The notes under the pieces are model-generated. The model saw only the letters and a list, made by a program, of their open reading frames with translations. It was not told the DNA's origin and made no database searches. Source: Octopus sinensis (lineage: Eukaryota). From it: a stretch of DNA of 64,000 nucleotides. Made by a program: the position numbers and the translations under genes. Of this stretch, positions 23,816 through 37,435 are shown piece by piece; positions within the stretch are counted from its first letter, which is position 1; each line of letters starts with the position of its first letter. Where the stretch lies: contig NC_042997.1 in the NCBI RefSeq assembly GCF_006345805.1, forward strand, positions 23,498,001 to 23,562,000, written 5' to 3'.

Positions 23816-26176
23816 TACAAATCATTTCATTTTAGAGTGTTCATATTTAAATTTTTAATCATTATTCCATCCTAATTACACAAGAATCTTTTTAGTTTTA
23901 TTACAAATTATGTCTTAATAATGCAAACCCAAATCTCAAATTCTTGGTTATTTAAAAAGAAAATGAAATAAATTGACTATATTTCATTGGAAATAGGATC
24001 ATGAATGGGATAATTTGGAACTTGGTACCCTTTGTACTAGGACTACATTATCCAATGTTTGCTTCTCTTTTCAAATTAGTAGGATGTAATTTGGGGAATA
24101 TTTCATTGCTATTTCTAGATTGTGCAGCATGTTCAGCCATACGCATTAAATTTGTAGAATGTTAAATGGTGTTTCCTTTGCTTGGAAATCCTAACTTTTC
24201 CAGATTATTACTTGAACAATTAGTAACATAAACTAATGTGCCAATAATTATGAGTAGAATTACAAGTGTATAATCTGAGTAGAAGTTGTACATTTTGAAG
24301 TGGTTGTCTATAAATGTTCTCCTTGTTATTAATCTTAAATGACCTGCACAACATTTTATGATTTTTTGCTTTCTACTGCAAATAACTATGTTAGCTTTGT
24401 TAGGCATGTTGTATTTGTAGTTGGTAGGAATTTTTATAGGAATGTTTTAATATTCTTTCATCATCATCATCGTTTATCGGAAAGTCACCTTATACACTTG
24501 TTTTGAAATGTGTGGATGTACTCAATATCAAATGTGATTTTCTTTTAAAATATCTACCCCAGGACACTATTTCCGATGGATGGCATTGTACATTACTTTA
24601 GCAACAACTATTTGCTGCATAGGAAAGTAATACCTTGATGATATTTTAGAGTAACTATGGATTACATGTTTGATGGCTTTCAGAGACACATAATATAATG
24701 GCTATTTCAGTCACACCTTGTGAAATTTAAGAGCTTCTGTTTCTTGTGTTCAACATATATTTTGAAATTATCTCTAATTCTTTAATTTGAAAAGCATAAT
24801 CTTCCTTTCAATATTGGTATCCTTCTCAAGTTTCTAAGAAATATGCCCATGCTTAATTTCTTCTTGGATCTTTATTGAGATCCAGCAATTCTGAAGTCAT
24901 ATGAAACATCTTCAAGAACAAAGGGCTTCTTGAAGAGATAATTCTTGACTCCTCACATTTGAACACTTGATTGCTGTATTTGTTTTTGTTGCTGTCATTT
25001 AGCAGGTACTGTCTGCTAGTTACTGTTATGACTAAGTGTCTATGTACTGATTTGAGATAAAGCCTGCCAGTATCACTATTTCAGTAGAAACTTTCAATTA
25101 TTGTTAGGGCATTGAAGGTTTTTAATAACTAGGGAATAGAGAAATTTATTCTTGCAAAAGATTTAGTTATCAATAAAAAAAACTTTGTGTCTGATATTCT
25201 TTATCATACCTCAAAACAAAACAACTCAACCCAACACCAAAATCAAAACAAAAAAGTCAAAATCTGAGTAACTAAGTTAAATTTATAAAAATTAAGTATC
25301 GTTCATAAGAGATAATGCATGAAGTAAATAAATTTATTTTTGTTTCCAAATTTAAGACACGAGTCAAACTGAATGCCTATGCTGATGGGAAGAGAATTTG
25401 CACAATTCTTTAATATTTAAGCCTTCAACATTTTATATAGATTTCTGAGAAAAGGATTAATGAAACTGAAGAATCAACTTGTCTAAAGATATTAGAATAA
25501 ATCTGAGTTATACATTAAACAATTATGCATCAACCAAATATATCATTCCTACTCATATATTTGCATCAATCACTAACATTCAACAGTTTAAACTATACTA
25601 TTTCCTAGAATTGTTAAGTTTAACAATTTCAAACCATTCAACCCATGCCAGCATGGACAACAGATGTTAAATAATGATGATGATGATGGTGGAGACCAAT
25701 ATATTTTTCTAGTGGCTACCAAGACTGTACCACAAAATTTATGTTTACTGTTTCTTACATTTTTAAGTTTTAGAGTTCTAACTATATATCTCAGAAGTTG
25801 CACTCAATACATACACACAGGCATACTAAAGCATTCACTCAACATTGCTATACATCCACAAGTCTACAATCAGGCTTTGTCCTCTCTGTGTTCTGTACTG
25901 ATACTACATCTGTTCTTTTAAATTTGTCAATTCTGAATTGCATTAATGGACAGCTATCAGATATAAATGTGGTTTCTTGCTGTAATGTAGCCAGGTTCTA
26001 AAGGTAGTGGGAGGAAACACAAAAAAAAAAAAGGCATCATGACACATACCAAACAATTTTTTATTCATTTTTCTTATATTACTCGAAATATTCCATTAGT
26101 TATAATATACATAATTGTATTCTGCAGTTGTTAATTTCATATTTCAGTAACAGTCTCATTATATATGAAAATAGCT

Positions 26177-26572
26177 ATGGAGTGGCTGTGTGGTAAGTAG
26201 CTTGCTAACCAACCACATGGTTCCGGGTTCAGTCCCACTGCGTGGCATCTTGGGCAAGTGTCTTCTGCTATAGCCCCGGGCCGACCATTGCCTTGTGAGT
26301 GGATTTGGTAGACAGAAACTAAAAGAAGCCTGTCGTATATATGTATATATATATTTGTGTGTGTGTGTCTGTGTTTGTCCCCCTAGCATTGCTTGACAAC
26401 CGATGCTGGTATGCTTACGTCCCCGTCACTTAGCGGTTCAGCAAAAGAGACCGATAGAATAAGTACTGGGCTTACAAAGAATAAGTCCCGGGGTCGATTT
26501 GCTCAACTAAAGATGGTGCTCCAGCATGGCTGCAGCCAAATGACTGAAACAAATAAAAGAGTAAAAGAGTAA
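26177..26572 (+). mobile_element. tRNA-derived SINE (second family)
   Basis: Head ggagtggctgtgtggtaagtagc...ggttccgggttcagtccc; taaaagag tail; a copy lies at 6661-7090. Confidence 0.85.
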
Positions 26573-26918
26573 AGAGAGATATGAAAAGATGCAACTCCAC
26601 AGGATTGTCCAGTGTCAAGAGGTTATGACATCAGGGTTTGTTATAGTTCTTCAGATGTCAGTAGCCATCAACATATCACAGGAGATTGAGCAGACAGTTC
26701 AAAAACACAGGAGGCTGGTCAAATAAAGTAATGACTGCCAAAAGTCCTTCCAAGGCCATGTGATTAACAAAACAAAAAAAAGATTCAACTTTTATCATAG
26801 AAGTGAACTAAAGAGTTAAAAAGAAAATTGTTGAAAAGGCGCCAGTTATAAAAAAATGTGCTCATGGGGAGTGGTCGTTTCCCTTCTCTCTTATTAGCTA
26901 TGCCACTGGATTCTTGAT

Positions 26919-27073
26919 ATCATCATCATCATCATCGTTTAACGTCCGCTTTCCATGCTAGCATGGGTTGGACGGTTCAACTGGGGTCTGGCAGGCTCGA
27001 AGGCTGCACCAGGCCAGTCAGATCTGGCAGTGTTTCTACAGCTGGATGCCCTTCCTAATGCCAACCACTCCGT
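26919..27073 (-). mobile_element. RTE-type LINE 3' end fragment
   Basis: catcatcgtttaacgtccgctttccatgctagc family. Confidence 0.85.
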
Positions 27074-29718
27074 TCATGAGTTTATAAATTTAAATGAGAT
27101 TATCACCATTCATTAAGATCATTATGTAAAATAATTATTTTGATAATTTTCATTTGTAATTTGTTTTCTTGTCTTTACTGGGGTTTTGAAAACTTTGATG
27201 CCAACCTCTTGTAAAAGTTACCATACAAGATCCATGTATATCCGAGTAACATTTATTATCAAAGAAGAATAAATATTTATATTCATTTGAAAAAAAAAAC
27301 CCACAAAGATCTCAAACTTTTAACAAAGAACATAAATATATAAGTACTTTGTTGTCTTGATACATTTCACTATTTTGCTTAAGTAAATGTTTATCTCCAC
27401 TATAAACATGGTGACCTAATGTTGCTCTCTTTTTCTCTCTCTCTAAACTTCCTTCTAAGAAATCATTTAATTAAAGAGATGCAGCCAATCATACAAGCTA
27501 GTCACTGTAATTACTGTGTAAATGTTCTTTGTAGTTTGTTTCAATTTCTATTATTCACACGTTAAAAACAATGAGAGTGGGGAGTGGGGAGTGCTACCAT
27601 TCATGCTTTGAAACATTTATCTTTTAGTTCTTTATATTTTTTATACTGGATACTTTTTTTTATATAATTTTACAAATCTTACTGCTTTTCTTTCTTTTTT
27701 TTATATTTTTTTAAGATTTACTAAAGAATGTATAGTGTAAAGAGTGTATAATTTCAATGACATTAATTTCTAAGAACTATTGTGTCCTCTACCATTGCTG
27801 GTTCCATAGGCCAGTTATAAAGAAGAAATTGTAAATGAAGCAAGTAACTCTGTCCTGTGAAAAAAAAAAAAATTTACAACAGGATCTGTAAGGGAAAATT
27901 ATCCTGGTGAAGGAAAAATCACTGTTCATAACATGTGAACTTTGATGATTTGAATTTTCAGTGATAAAGTAGCAAACATGTTTTTCACTGTTATCAACTA
28001 CAAGCTATATAACAGTTTTCACAAAGCCACTCAACCTGCTAAAAACAGCACTAAAGTCTCCCTCTGAACACATTTTATCATCTTAGATAGTTAAAGGACA
28101 CATTAAATTATGCAGTCTCACATTCTTCTAAAACGACTGCATGGTCATGATAAAATGCACTTTTGAGCAGAAGTCTGCTCTCTCAGGTTTGACTTGGAAC
28201 TAAACGACTATATTAGGCAAGAACTGACACCACTGGTGTTTGCTGTTGTTTGACTCCTAAGGGCTTGATTTATAATTAAGGTAGTCCAACCATGAAAACT
28301 ATATTTATTTTTCTTTTCTATATAAAACAGTAGGATGTGGTTTGAGAGAGATTTGGCTACTGTTTTTAGCTGGTCAATGTCAACAGTGGCTTTGTTGCAC
28401 TCAAAAGAAACATAAAAATGTCCTGTCTGCACAAGCTGAGTATGACAGGGCATATAATGATGGAGTCATGCAGACTGATACCATTTCTTTTGAATAGCCA
28501 TACCAGTTCACATACCTTTACAGTTTACAGATGAGTTACAACTTCCAAAACATTACTGGGCTTCAAGTTCTTGTTGCTAACTCAAATCAATATTTAATTG
28601 TTCATGTTGACCAGATATCTGTAAGTGTTAATCGGAAGAATAACTTTCTGCCTAAACCTCAATCTGCTATCAAGTCAACCATCAACTGTCAGTTGCAGGA
28701 CATGGTTGTTGAATACCACAAGCCAACCAGTTATCAACAACAGGACAAATACCACAAGCCAACCCTACTATCAGCAACATAAAATAGTTGTTTAATATTC
28801 ACTGTATAGTCGAAGCCGCAATTCATTTTTAAACAATGCAAACTCTGCAAACATGGCTTTAAAGGATCATCCTGGAGATGATCAATAGTAAAAAGTGTCC
28901 AAAATATGTTACTATACTCTGTCAACCTATAAACACACCAACTAATAAGACATTCTTTATGCACTCACTCCACCTGCTAGAAATAGCAACCACATCCTAC
29001 CATCTTGAATAAATAATATTACACTGGATATTTCTGGTATGCAAAGACACAAAAGTCAAAGCAGGAAAACTTTTGATTATAGGTGTACTTGATCAGAACT
29101 GATTTGAAGCTAAACAAATATTTAATCCTAGCACAAAGCCATTTACAGAACTATGTTCGCATTCATGTAAAGATAGATGAAAATATTTTGTTTAGCTCAC
29201 CTCTACCTTGATTGAGTTGACCTATGATCAATAGCATTCCAGCCAGGATCTGCTCGTCTTATTATTTAATCATAATATAAGGTAGTGAGCTGGCAGAATT
29301 GTTACCATGCTGGACAAAATGCTTAGTTGTGTTTCTTCAGGTTTTACATTCTGATTTCAATTGTTGTCGAAGTTGAGTTTGCTTTCATTCTTTCAGGGTT
29401 AATAAAATAAGTACCAGTTGAGAACTGACATCCATGTAATCAACTTGCCCCTTCCCCACAAATTTCGGGCCTTGTTCCTGATATAACTAAGACTGCATTA
29501 TCCAATGTGTTCAAGGATTGTGATTTGATGGAGATTTGGCTGCTATTTTCTTATAGGCCATTCAACTACTTAGGAGAGGCCTCCCTCTCTGATTTACTAG
29601 ATTGCTGTAATCCCTTTCATACCAGTGTGAAAAATTCTTTTTGTTGATAACAACTCTAGTTCTGATCCATTGAATCTAGAAATGACTTTGCATTCCACAT
29701 CTGGCAGTATTTTTAAGT

Positions 29719-29915
29719 TACACTAGCCAGATGAAAAGTTCAAAAGCTGACCAACATATTCTCATGGAATGTAACCATATGTGCTTTATTTTTCAACATA
29801 GCCCCCCCCCCCAACCTTGTAGTCCACATACTTCTTCCATCAATATTGCAGTGCTTGGATCCTGTTGGTCAAAGAAGTCATCAACAGCAGATATGTCATC
29901 ATCATTGATACTAGT
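29719..29915 (-). mobile_element. Mariner terminal remnant
   Basis: gatgaaaagttcaaaagctgaccaa TIR-like end; the minus strand resembles the mariner C-terminus (DFFDQQDPSTAILMEEVCGL, degenerate). Confidence 0.5.
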
Positions 29916-31469
29916 TCCCAACCAAGTGTTCTTTTCAGCTACTTGGGTTAAAAGTGTGACCTGCAACTTGGAACATAAGATTCACTTCTGTATATTATAA
30001 GATAGTACTATATTCGAGGTGGATGGTTGACAGTTTTTAGAATGTCAGATAGATTGCTTTGTGGTAATTGTTTCAATTCTCTACACTCAAATTCTGCTAA
30101 AGCCAACTTTACTGTTCATCTTTTTGGGATTAATAACACACCAGTTGTTCTGGGATCAGTGTCTTTTTCACTCACTCATACTTTTAGGAAGAAATCAGTT
30201 GTCAAATCTAGAGAGGAATGGGCTCTGTCAAGTCTAAAGGGGTCCTCACAACAAACCCTGTGACACTTCTATGCCTCCATTAAAGAGTTGTGGGCTCAAG
30301 GCTAAGAAAGGCTATGTTATGTCAAGCTGACTTTTATCATACCTTAAAACCCCATGAACAAAATTCATTGTTCTATATCTTAAATATTGTAAGGTGGCAA
30401 GCTGGCAGAAACGTTAGCACACAGGGGGAAATGCTTAGCGGTATTTCGTCTGATCCCCTCCCCCAAAATTTTGGGACTTGTACCTAGAGTAGAAAAGTAT
30501 ATCTTAAATATTGTAAATATTTTTTTTTCTGAACATTTATTAATGGTGGTTAACATAATGGCCAACACATAAAAATATTAAAACCAATTTATATTTCATG
30601 AAGATCATATAATTTTTAAAATTATAAATATTTTGGAACGGTCATTCCTCAAGAATAGTTAGAACAGTTACATATTTTGTTTTCTCTCAGGTATTGTGCA
30701 TTGCCTTGGTGACCTCATTCTATATCAAATGACATTCTCTGTAATCACACTTTTCGAACTAAAGATGTTGAAAATTGACCTGAGTTACCCACTTAATATC
30801 ATAGCTTTGACAAGTGTTATTTTAATAACCCTTTAGGGATCTGACAGGAGTTAAGTAGTCCTTTGTATCTGCAATATTCAGGTCAGATGAACTGAGAGTA
30901 ATTGCAGATAACACTGAGCATTAGTCAGCTGTAGATTACTGCCTTGTTACAGTGTATGATTAAAAGTATCTGACAATAACTAATTGGGTCTCTTTTTGTC
31001 TATAAATGTTAACACCTTCATGTTATTAGGAAAAGTTTCTTCCCTGAGTTCAGTTGACATAATTACAAAGCATAAGAAATAAATTTCAAATCAGCATTTG
31101 CGTTGTGTATTTTTCAACTTAATGGTTAGTAGGTTAAATGTTGATCAATTCACTTCATGATCAAATTAGGCTGGTAATTGTGCTCTGCTCTTGGGTACAG
31201 TATGTAACTAACTGTATTTGCCTTTGACTACTTGGCTAACAACATACTCTTTCAGATTTACCCATGTCAATCCTAATCAAGTAGATCTATAACCAAAAGA
31301 ATTCTTGTTGTGATCATTCCATCTTTTTAGAGGTGTATGACTCCTACTGCATTATCTAATATATCCTTTCTTTATTTGAGACAGTAAGGAGTAATTTGGC
31401 TGCTAATTTTGGTAGGTCAAGTGACTATATAGCACTGGTATGAACAGAGATGTGAAAGCATTTGTTTAA

Positions 31470-31689
31470 CCCTTTTGTTACCATATTTATTTTGAGATTC
31501 TGTGTTTCTTTCGATAAATTTTAAATACAACAAAGAATTTAGTAAAATAACTTAGTTATCATTAAGCTAGTGTTAGGAACATAAATTGTGACTAAGGTTT
31601 GGTGGAAGATTTTAATTCAAAACTTTTGAAAACAAGACATTTGTACTACACAGCCAGAGGCAGTTTCAGCCAGGTTGGTATCAAAAGGG
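31470..31689. mobile_element. piggyBac-like MITE
   Basis: TTAA-cccttttgttacc ... ggtatcaaaaggg-TTAA; second copy at 48444-48654. Confidence 0.8.
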
Positions 31690-32112
31690 TTAAACTCATT
31701 ACAAATTCTCCAACTTACAGAAATTCACTTTAACTAATTTAGTATGAGAAAAAAATCATTTGTTTGAAGACTGTCTTTGATGTCTTTTTCTTTCCCAATA
31801 TGTAAAAAGTTTCTAGAAATTAGGAAGTTTACCATTTGCCATTACTGGTCATAAAAGTAGAAGCTCAACTTTAAAGAGCACTTATTGAAATATGACAATT
31901 TCTCCATACATTTTTTGGATAAATACTTAATTTGACTTTTAATACCATTATAAAAAATGTATATTTGATATAGATTCTTGCTTTTCTTTTGTAGTTGCCA
32001 ACATCATTATAATTTTTCTATATGGCAGCAGGCTTTTATCTGCTTTCTTCTCTCCTTCACTAGAACCTCCTCAAAAATTATTGCAAAATAATCTAATTTC
32101 ATATAATTTCAG

Positions 32113-32288
32113 ACTAAAAAAAGCTGACTTTCCAGTCAATCTATTACCACATGTCAAAGAAGCTGGTTCTAGTGCAGGAAATCTAAAGTGTGACTGGTTC
32201 TCAATTCCAAAAGGAATTCCAGTGCTTGTTGCTTTAGGGGATTTACAATGTGCTATCAGATCCACTATAAAAGATAAAGCAGATGCAG
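32113..32288 (+). CDS. SHPK: SHPK internal exon (LKKADFPVNLLPHVKEAG...GDLQCAIRSTIKDKADA)
   Basis: tttcag acceptor, gtttgt donor, 176 nt phase 2-1. Confidence 0.9.
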
Positions 32289-35257
32289 GTTTGTCACATT
32301 TCTTTCTTTATTTCAGTCTAGGTTATGTTAAGCAAGAACTAAATTATTCATTTGACAGACAAAGGATGAAGTCATTAAGACAGTAGTACACAATTTGAAA
32401 AGTTGAGGGTTTATGTTGTCACCAGCTTCCTTGACAGAGGTACTTAACTATCAATAACCAAAACCATGTTGTAGTAAAATAGGTGTAAAGTGCAGCCAAA
32501 TCTCACTTAAATCATCCCAAATCACCTTACTGTTTTAAGAAGCAGGACAAATTGGATAATGCAGTCCTAAATACACTGGGGAATATATCTGGATTGGTGA
32601 AGGACAAGAGGATCATGTTTCACTTAATCAGAACTGACCGAACAAAAATATAGATACTATCTGGAGGCAAATTCATTACTGTAATAGAGCACTATTTAAT
32701 TTTATTCACAAGTAATTTCACTCACTTGCAGTGTTTAGCTCAAATTCTACCATTACAACTGTAGGTAGTTTTATTTGGGGGGGGGGGGCTTAATGTGATT
32801 GCTAATTTTGTCAAAACTATAGGAATGAATTTTTGGAATTTGACAATAGATTTTAATTTAATAATGCATCATGTTAAAATATTCTCATATATAGAAAATA
32901 CAATAAAATCATTGAAAACTGAAGACTATAAACTAAAAATTTCAATTGTTTCATCTTTCTTTTAACTAAAAGATGACCTATGTTTAAGATTGTTTTTTTA
33001 AAAAAAAAAACACAAATTATTGCAAGCTTGTCCCTTAAAAAAAAAATCATTATGTTACCCTTTATTGTAATTGTTTGTATATTTAAGTAAGGTGTTGTTA
33101 ATCATGCAAGTTAGTGACTTTTCATCATCATTGTCATTTTATGTATGCTCTTCATACCTGAATGGGTTTTAACAGAGTCCAATGGGTCACAGGAACACAT
33201 CTTGGTTCAATGTTTCAGTTTTAGCATAGTTTCTGTTGCTGGATGCCCTTCCACTTTTCAGAGTTTATTGGTTGCATGAGAATCTGTCTAACCTGCACCA
33301 GCATGGAAAATGACCATGGAATTATGATGACAAACATTTTAACTTTTTCTTGATTTTTAGTTTCATCTGTATTTTCCATGTATGTAGTTATGTAGAAACG
33401 ATCAAATTAATTAAATTTTCTGTTCAATAAAAGCACATTTTATTTAATACAAGATATCTTCCAAAATTGTCAAAAATATCTTCCTTAAATGTGTTTTGTG
33501 AGTTGCAGTATAATATTATAAGATATAAAATGTTATATCTTTCAACAATTTAATGTAATTCAGAGAATATTAATTTCTAATTTTTTCCCCCCCTTTTTAT
33601 TCAGTTCTTAACATCAGTACTTCAACTCAGTTGGGATTTCCCATATCCTTGAAAGGTTTCAAACCTCCACCAACCAACCCAGAAAATGCCATTGAATATT
33701 TCCCATATTTTGGCAACACATACATTGCAACAGTTGCTAGTCTTACTGGGGGCAGTGTGATGGCTAACTTTGTGAAAACTCTGCAGGAATGGTTTTCGGA
33801 ATTTGGTAAGGGATTTCAAATTGTTATTTTTATTCATATCTTATGATAATATTTACAAATAGTAATGATATAATCAATCAAGATCAGGCATTAAACAGAT
33901 CATGTTCTAACTCACTGCTAGATCCAGTAATTATTAGAATAGGTATCAAATCATCAAAAACGGTTCAACTTCAGACCTGTATCCACTAATTATTTCAGTT
34001 CATCTTGCCACTGGATTTGGGCTTTAGTTCTGATTACAGGCCGAGTGTAGTGGCTGGTATGCAACTGCTCATTCTGTATTCAACTCCTACCTAGGCCTCC
34101 ACCACTAGATAGATATCTTTAAATATTATAGGTCTCTCATCATTTCTCCACAAACCACAGGAATTCAAAAAGCCAGTAATTAGTTGTAGATAGTTTAGTT
34201 CAATATATAAAGTCTCTCGCAAAAAAAATTGAGAATAGTATGTTCTCCAAGTAAAGAGACAGAGTTATATACAATATGGTTTAAAAAATCAATCAATAAA
34301 CATTGAATCACCATCTCTGAAACAATCTCTTTTAATCTTAATCATTCAATTAAAAGTGTAGAATTATATTGATTTCTATAGCTAAGTATCCCGATGATAT
34401 TTGTATTATCAGGATATAGCAAATTACTGTGTTTTTAAAATCATCAGCCTTGTGACTATTTTAATTAGACTTAGAATTTCTACTGGTGTTCTAACTTTAT
34501 GACCAATATGGCAGCCTCTATGCAATTTCTCAAGCTCCCAGAAATATGAGTTCAAATATCCTCAAATCACACCCTACCATTTAAAAAAAATAAACATTGG
34601 ACATTATACAAAAAGACAGGGTGATCTTGACTGGATGCTTTGCTCATAGCTCTACTTGATCAGAGATGACCTTGGCCTAAAAAAAAACAACAAACTATGA
34701 ACATATCCTTTTAGTTTCCGATGTGCCATGACTGCCATCTTGTTAGTTTACAGAGTTCCTTCCTTTCGCAGAAAGTAGGCTAAAATTATCTCATTTACTA
34801 CTCTAATTAGATGTTTTAGTTAAACTACATTTTTTTAATTTTATATATAGGTGTACGAGTAGAAGAAGAACAAGTGTGGCAAAAGCTTATAAAGCTTGCT
34901 GAAAAAGTACCAAATACTGACCTCCAGATTATACCAACTTTACAAGGGGAGCGCCATAAGCCAGATCAACGTGGCAGTGTAGCTGGACTTAACATGAATA
35001 ATATGTCTCTTGGAAAAGTGTTTCGAGCTTTGTGTAGTGGCCTTGTTCAGAATTTGCATGAGATGATGCCAAACACTTACCTAGAAGATCATGGCATTAA
35101 ACGGATCATTGCAAGTGGTTCTGGTGTGACTAAAAATCCTATTGTTCAACAAGAAGTTAAAAAGTTTTACAAGACTCCAATGGTCAATGGTGATCGCTGT
35201 GATTCTGCCTTAGGAGCTGCATTATGCGCTATTAATTCCTGTAATAGTTCACACTGA
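32113..35257 (+). CDS. SHPK: Sedoheptulokinase (FGGY carbohydrate kinase family), partial model: last three coding exons
   Basis: The joined frame gives FPVNLLP...IPKGIPVLVALGDLQ...VLNISTSTQL...YFPYFGNTYIATVASLTGG...GERHKPDQ...LSLGKVFRALCSGLVQNLHEM...GSGSG...DSALGAAL, characteristic of SHPK/CARKL. Confidence 0.92.
33605..33805 (+). CDS. SHPK: SHPK internal exon (VLNISTSTQLGFP...LQEWFSEF)
   Basis: tattcag acceptor, gtaagg donor, 201 nt phase 1-1. Confidence 0.93.
34851..35257 (+). CDS. SHPK: SHPK last coding exon (GVRVEEEQVWQKL...NSCNSSH*)
   Basis: tatag acceptor, in frame with ORF 34874-35257, TGA stop. Confidence 0.93.
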
Positions 35258-37399
35258 ATTGGGACAGGCTTTTATTATTATATAACACAATGATTTCATA
35301 AAGCAAATTAAATTGTGAAATTTATTTCAGAAATACCACAAAGTGTTCTACTGCATTTTACAGGGAGTTGTTGAATATGTAAGCAGAAAAGTAAGTTACT
35401 ATAAAGTTTCATGGTCATAATACTTACAATTTATCCAGTTAACAATTCAAAATCCTTAACAAAACTGTTTTAGATACATAAATCTATTGTATTACCAAGG
35501 TAAGAAATATGTTTTTTTAAGGCAGAAAATATAAAATAACATTAACCAAATGTAATTATAAATGAAATAATTTTTCCCCTTGCACTTTCTATTGACAATT
35601 TTTTACTGTTGAAAAATTAGTCACAGTATTGCAGTATTATTTCATTTGTCCTCACTACATTGTGGAATATTGAGTTTAGTATTTTCTATGAAAGATCATA
35701 ACTTTATATTTTATGGGACTCATTCTGAACAAATGTTATAAAATGAATTTAGGGTTGGTATTTCAAAACAAATCATATCTTTTGAATTTTCATTTGTAGA
35801 ATAGTGTATCTTATCACACCAAATTTATTTTTCTCATTTGAAATGTCTTTTTAAAATGACTTATAAAATCCTCTTTAGATTATTCAAAAAATTCTTATTT
35901 ACATTCTTTCATTATGTATCAGTTACATTACTTTCATTGTATTACAATTTTTATGGCCAATATTCACGACTAGATGATGATAACCAAAGATTCTTGTAAA
36001 CAACCATGATCATTATCATTATTGTGTATTGATCCAAATAGCTATTCTTTCATGTGATTCAATTTTAGCACAAACTTTCTTATCCAATTTATATTTTCAA
36101 AGTTGTTCTGTCATGCAAAACATTCTTTATCGCAGTGACCCTTTTGGATTGATACTAAGATTTTTTTTCATTAGTTCTCTTCAATACCTACATCTCTTTC
36201 CAAACCAGAGATGAAATATAATTTGACTTGTGGATTAGTGGTTTCTATTAAAAAAATAGTTTCTGGAGAGTGTAATTTTGAGGCAGGGCTGGTAGAAGTT
36301 TTTACTTTAAGAACATGGTGCAAGTATATCAAGTGGATTTAGACAGAACATAGTCTGCAAATTCAAATTGAAAGAATCAGTATCCTACACACAGAAACAA
36401 TGGAATACTACACAAACATTTGCAAATGATACACCAAGTCTAATTTGTCACCGAACAACGCGAGAGATCCCCTACCAGATAATGTTTTAAAAGGAAAAGT
36501 ATCTGTGAAAGGAAACACAATGACATTAGTAACATTGATTTTAATATTAAACATTATAATAGAAGTTTTGACTGACTGTTTCTTCAGATGTAATCTGAAG
36601 CTTATAGTTTGAACTATATCTCATATAACATTCGCTACATTTAGAGATTGTATCTTTAGCCTGTATACATGGCTGAGGATTTAAATAAGGATGGATTTAT
36701 GCATGTGGTCTGTTCCACTATTTCATTACAGCAGGTTTCAGAGAGCATTGCCACTATCAGTAACGGTGAACTGAATTGAAATGTCATCCAAGACACACTT
36801 CTTACAAGGCAGATAATGAAAGAACACATAGACAAAAGAACTGTGTAAAATGTACAGATATATTTTCATTTTATATAACAGTATGTTTATTTAACATTTT
36901 TTTTTTTTAATTCTACAAAAGACCAAGATTCAAAGTGAATGATAGACTAAAGAAGTAATTACAATGGGCGAATAGACAGAAACATTAGTAATATGTGGAT
37001 GTTGTTCAGACAGAAATTGAGATCAAGACATGTGAAATTTATTTAAAATGTTACTTCTCCAATCTAATGTTTTTTATCTTAATAATTTAGTTGACAATCA
37101 AATACAAATGGGGGTCTTTTTTTTCTTTTTCTGGTATAAACAAATTTAATTTGAGAGGGAAAAATATAATGAACATATGTAAAATCATAAAAATAAATTA
37201 TAATCTCTCAATGATATGAGTCATATCATTTATATAGCTTTCAAGTTTTAATGTTCATGCTGTAAATTCAGTTTGCCACTGTGTTAAAACAAAAGAGTAA
37301 AACATTAAATATGAAAGCATAATTAATATGAATATTATACGTACATCAATAATACATTAACATTTGTATGTTCTTACATGTCACACAAGTCCTGATGCT

Positions 37400-37435
37400 T
37401 CAAAAGATGGTAGCCTGAGAAGGTAAATTTATTAT
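37400..37435 (-). CDS. DNA2: DNA2 last coding exon ([11 protein letters not shown])
   Basis: Follows the U12 branch site TTCTTTAAC and an AC acceptor; resembles the vertebrate C-terminal IIDLPS as recalled; TGA stop at 37400-37402. Confidence 0.85.
   Translation of the reverse strand: MINLPSQATIF

Noticed and set aside
24600-24960. Very old RTE-like RT remnant on the minus strand (also 21500-21960, 45700-46400, 61500-61900)
   Set aside because: Similarity is only faint by eye, with many stops, and boundaries could not be set with confidence.
28187-28253. Exon-like stretch FDLELNDYIRQELTPLVFAVV* after a ctctctcag acceptor
   Set aside because: Short, no recognisable homology and no linked upstream exon.
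28531-28782. ORF containing NFLPKPQS, reminiscent of SHPK LPQPKS
   Set aside because: No flanking TWQD or TGxGC motifs and no convincing splice sites; treated as chance similarity.
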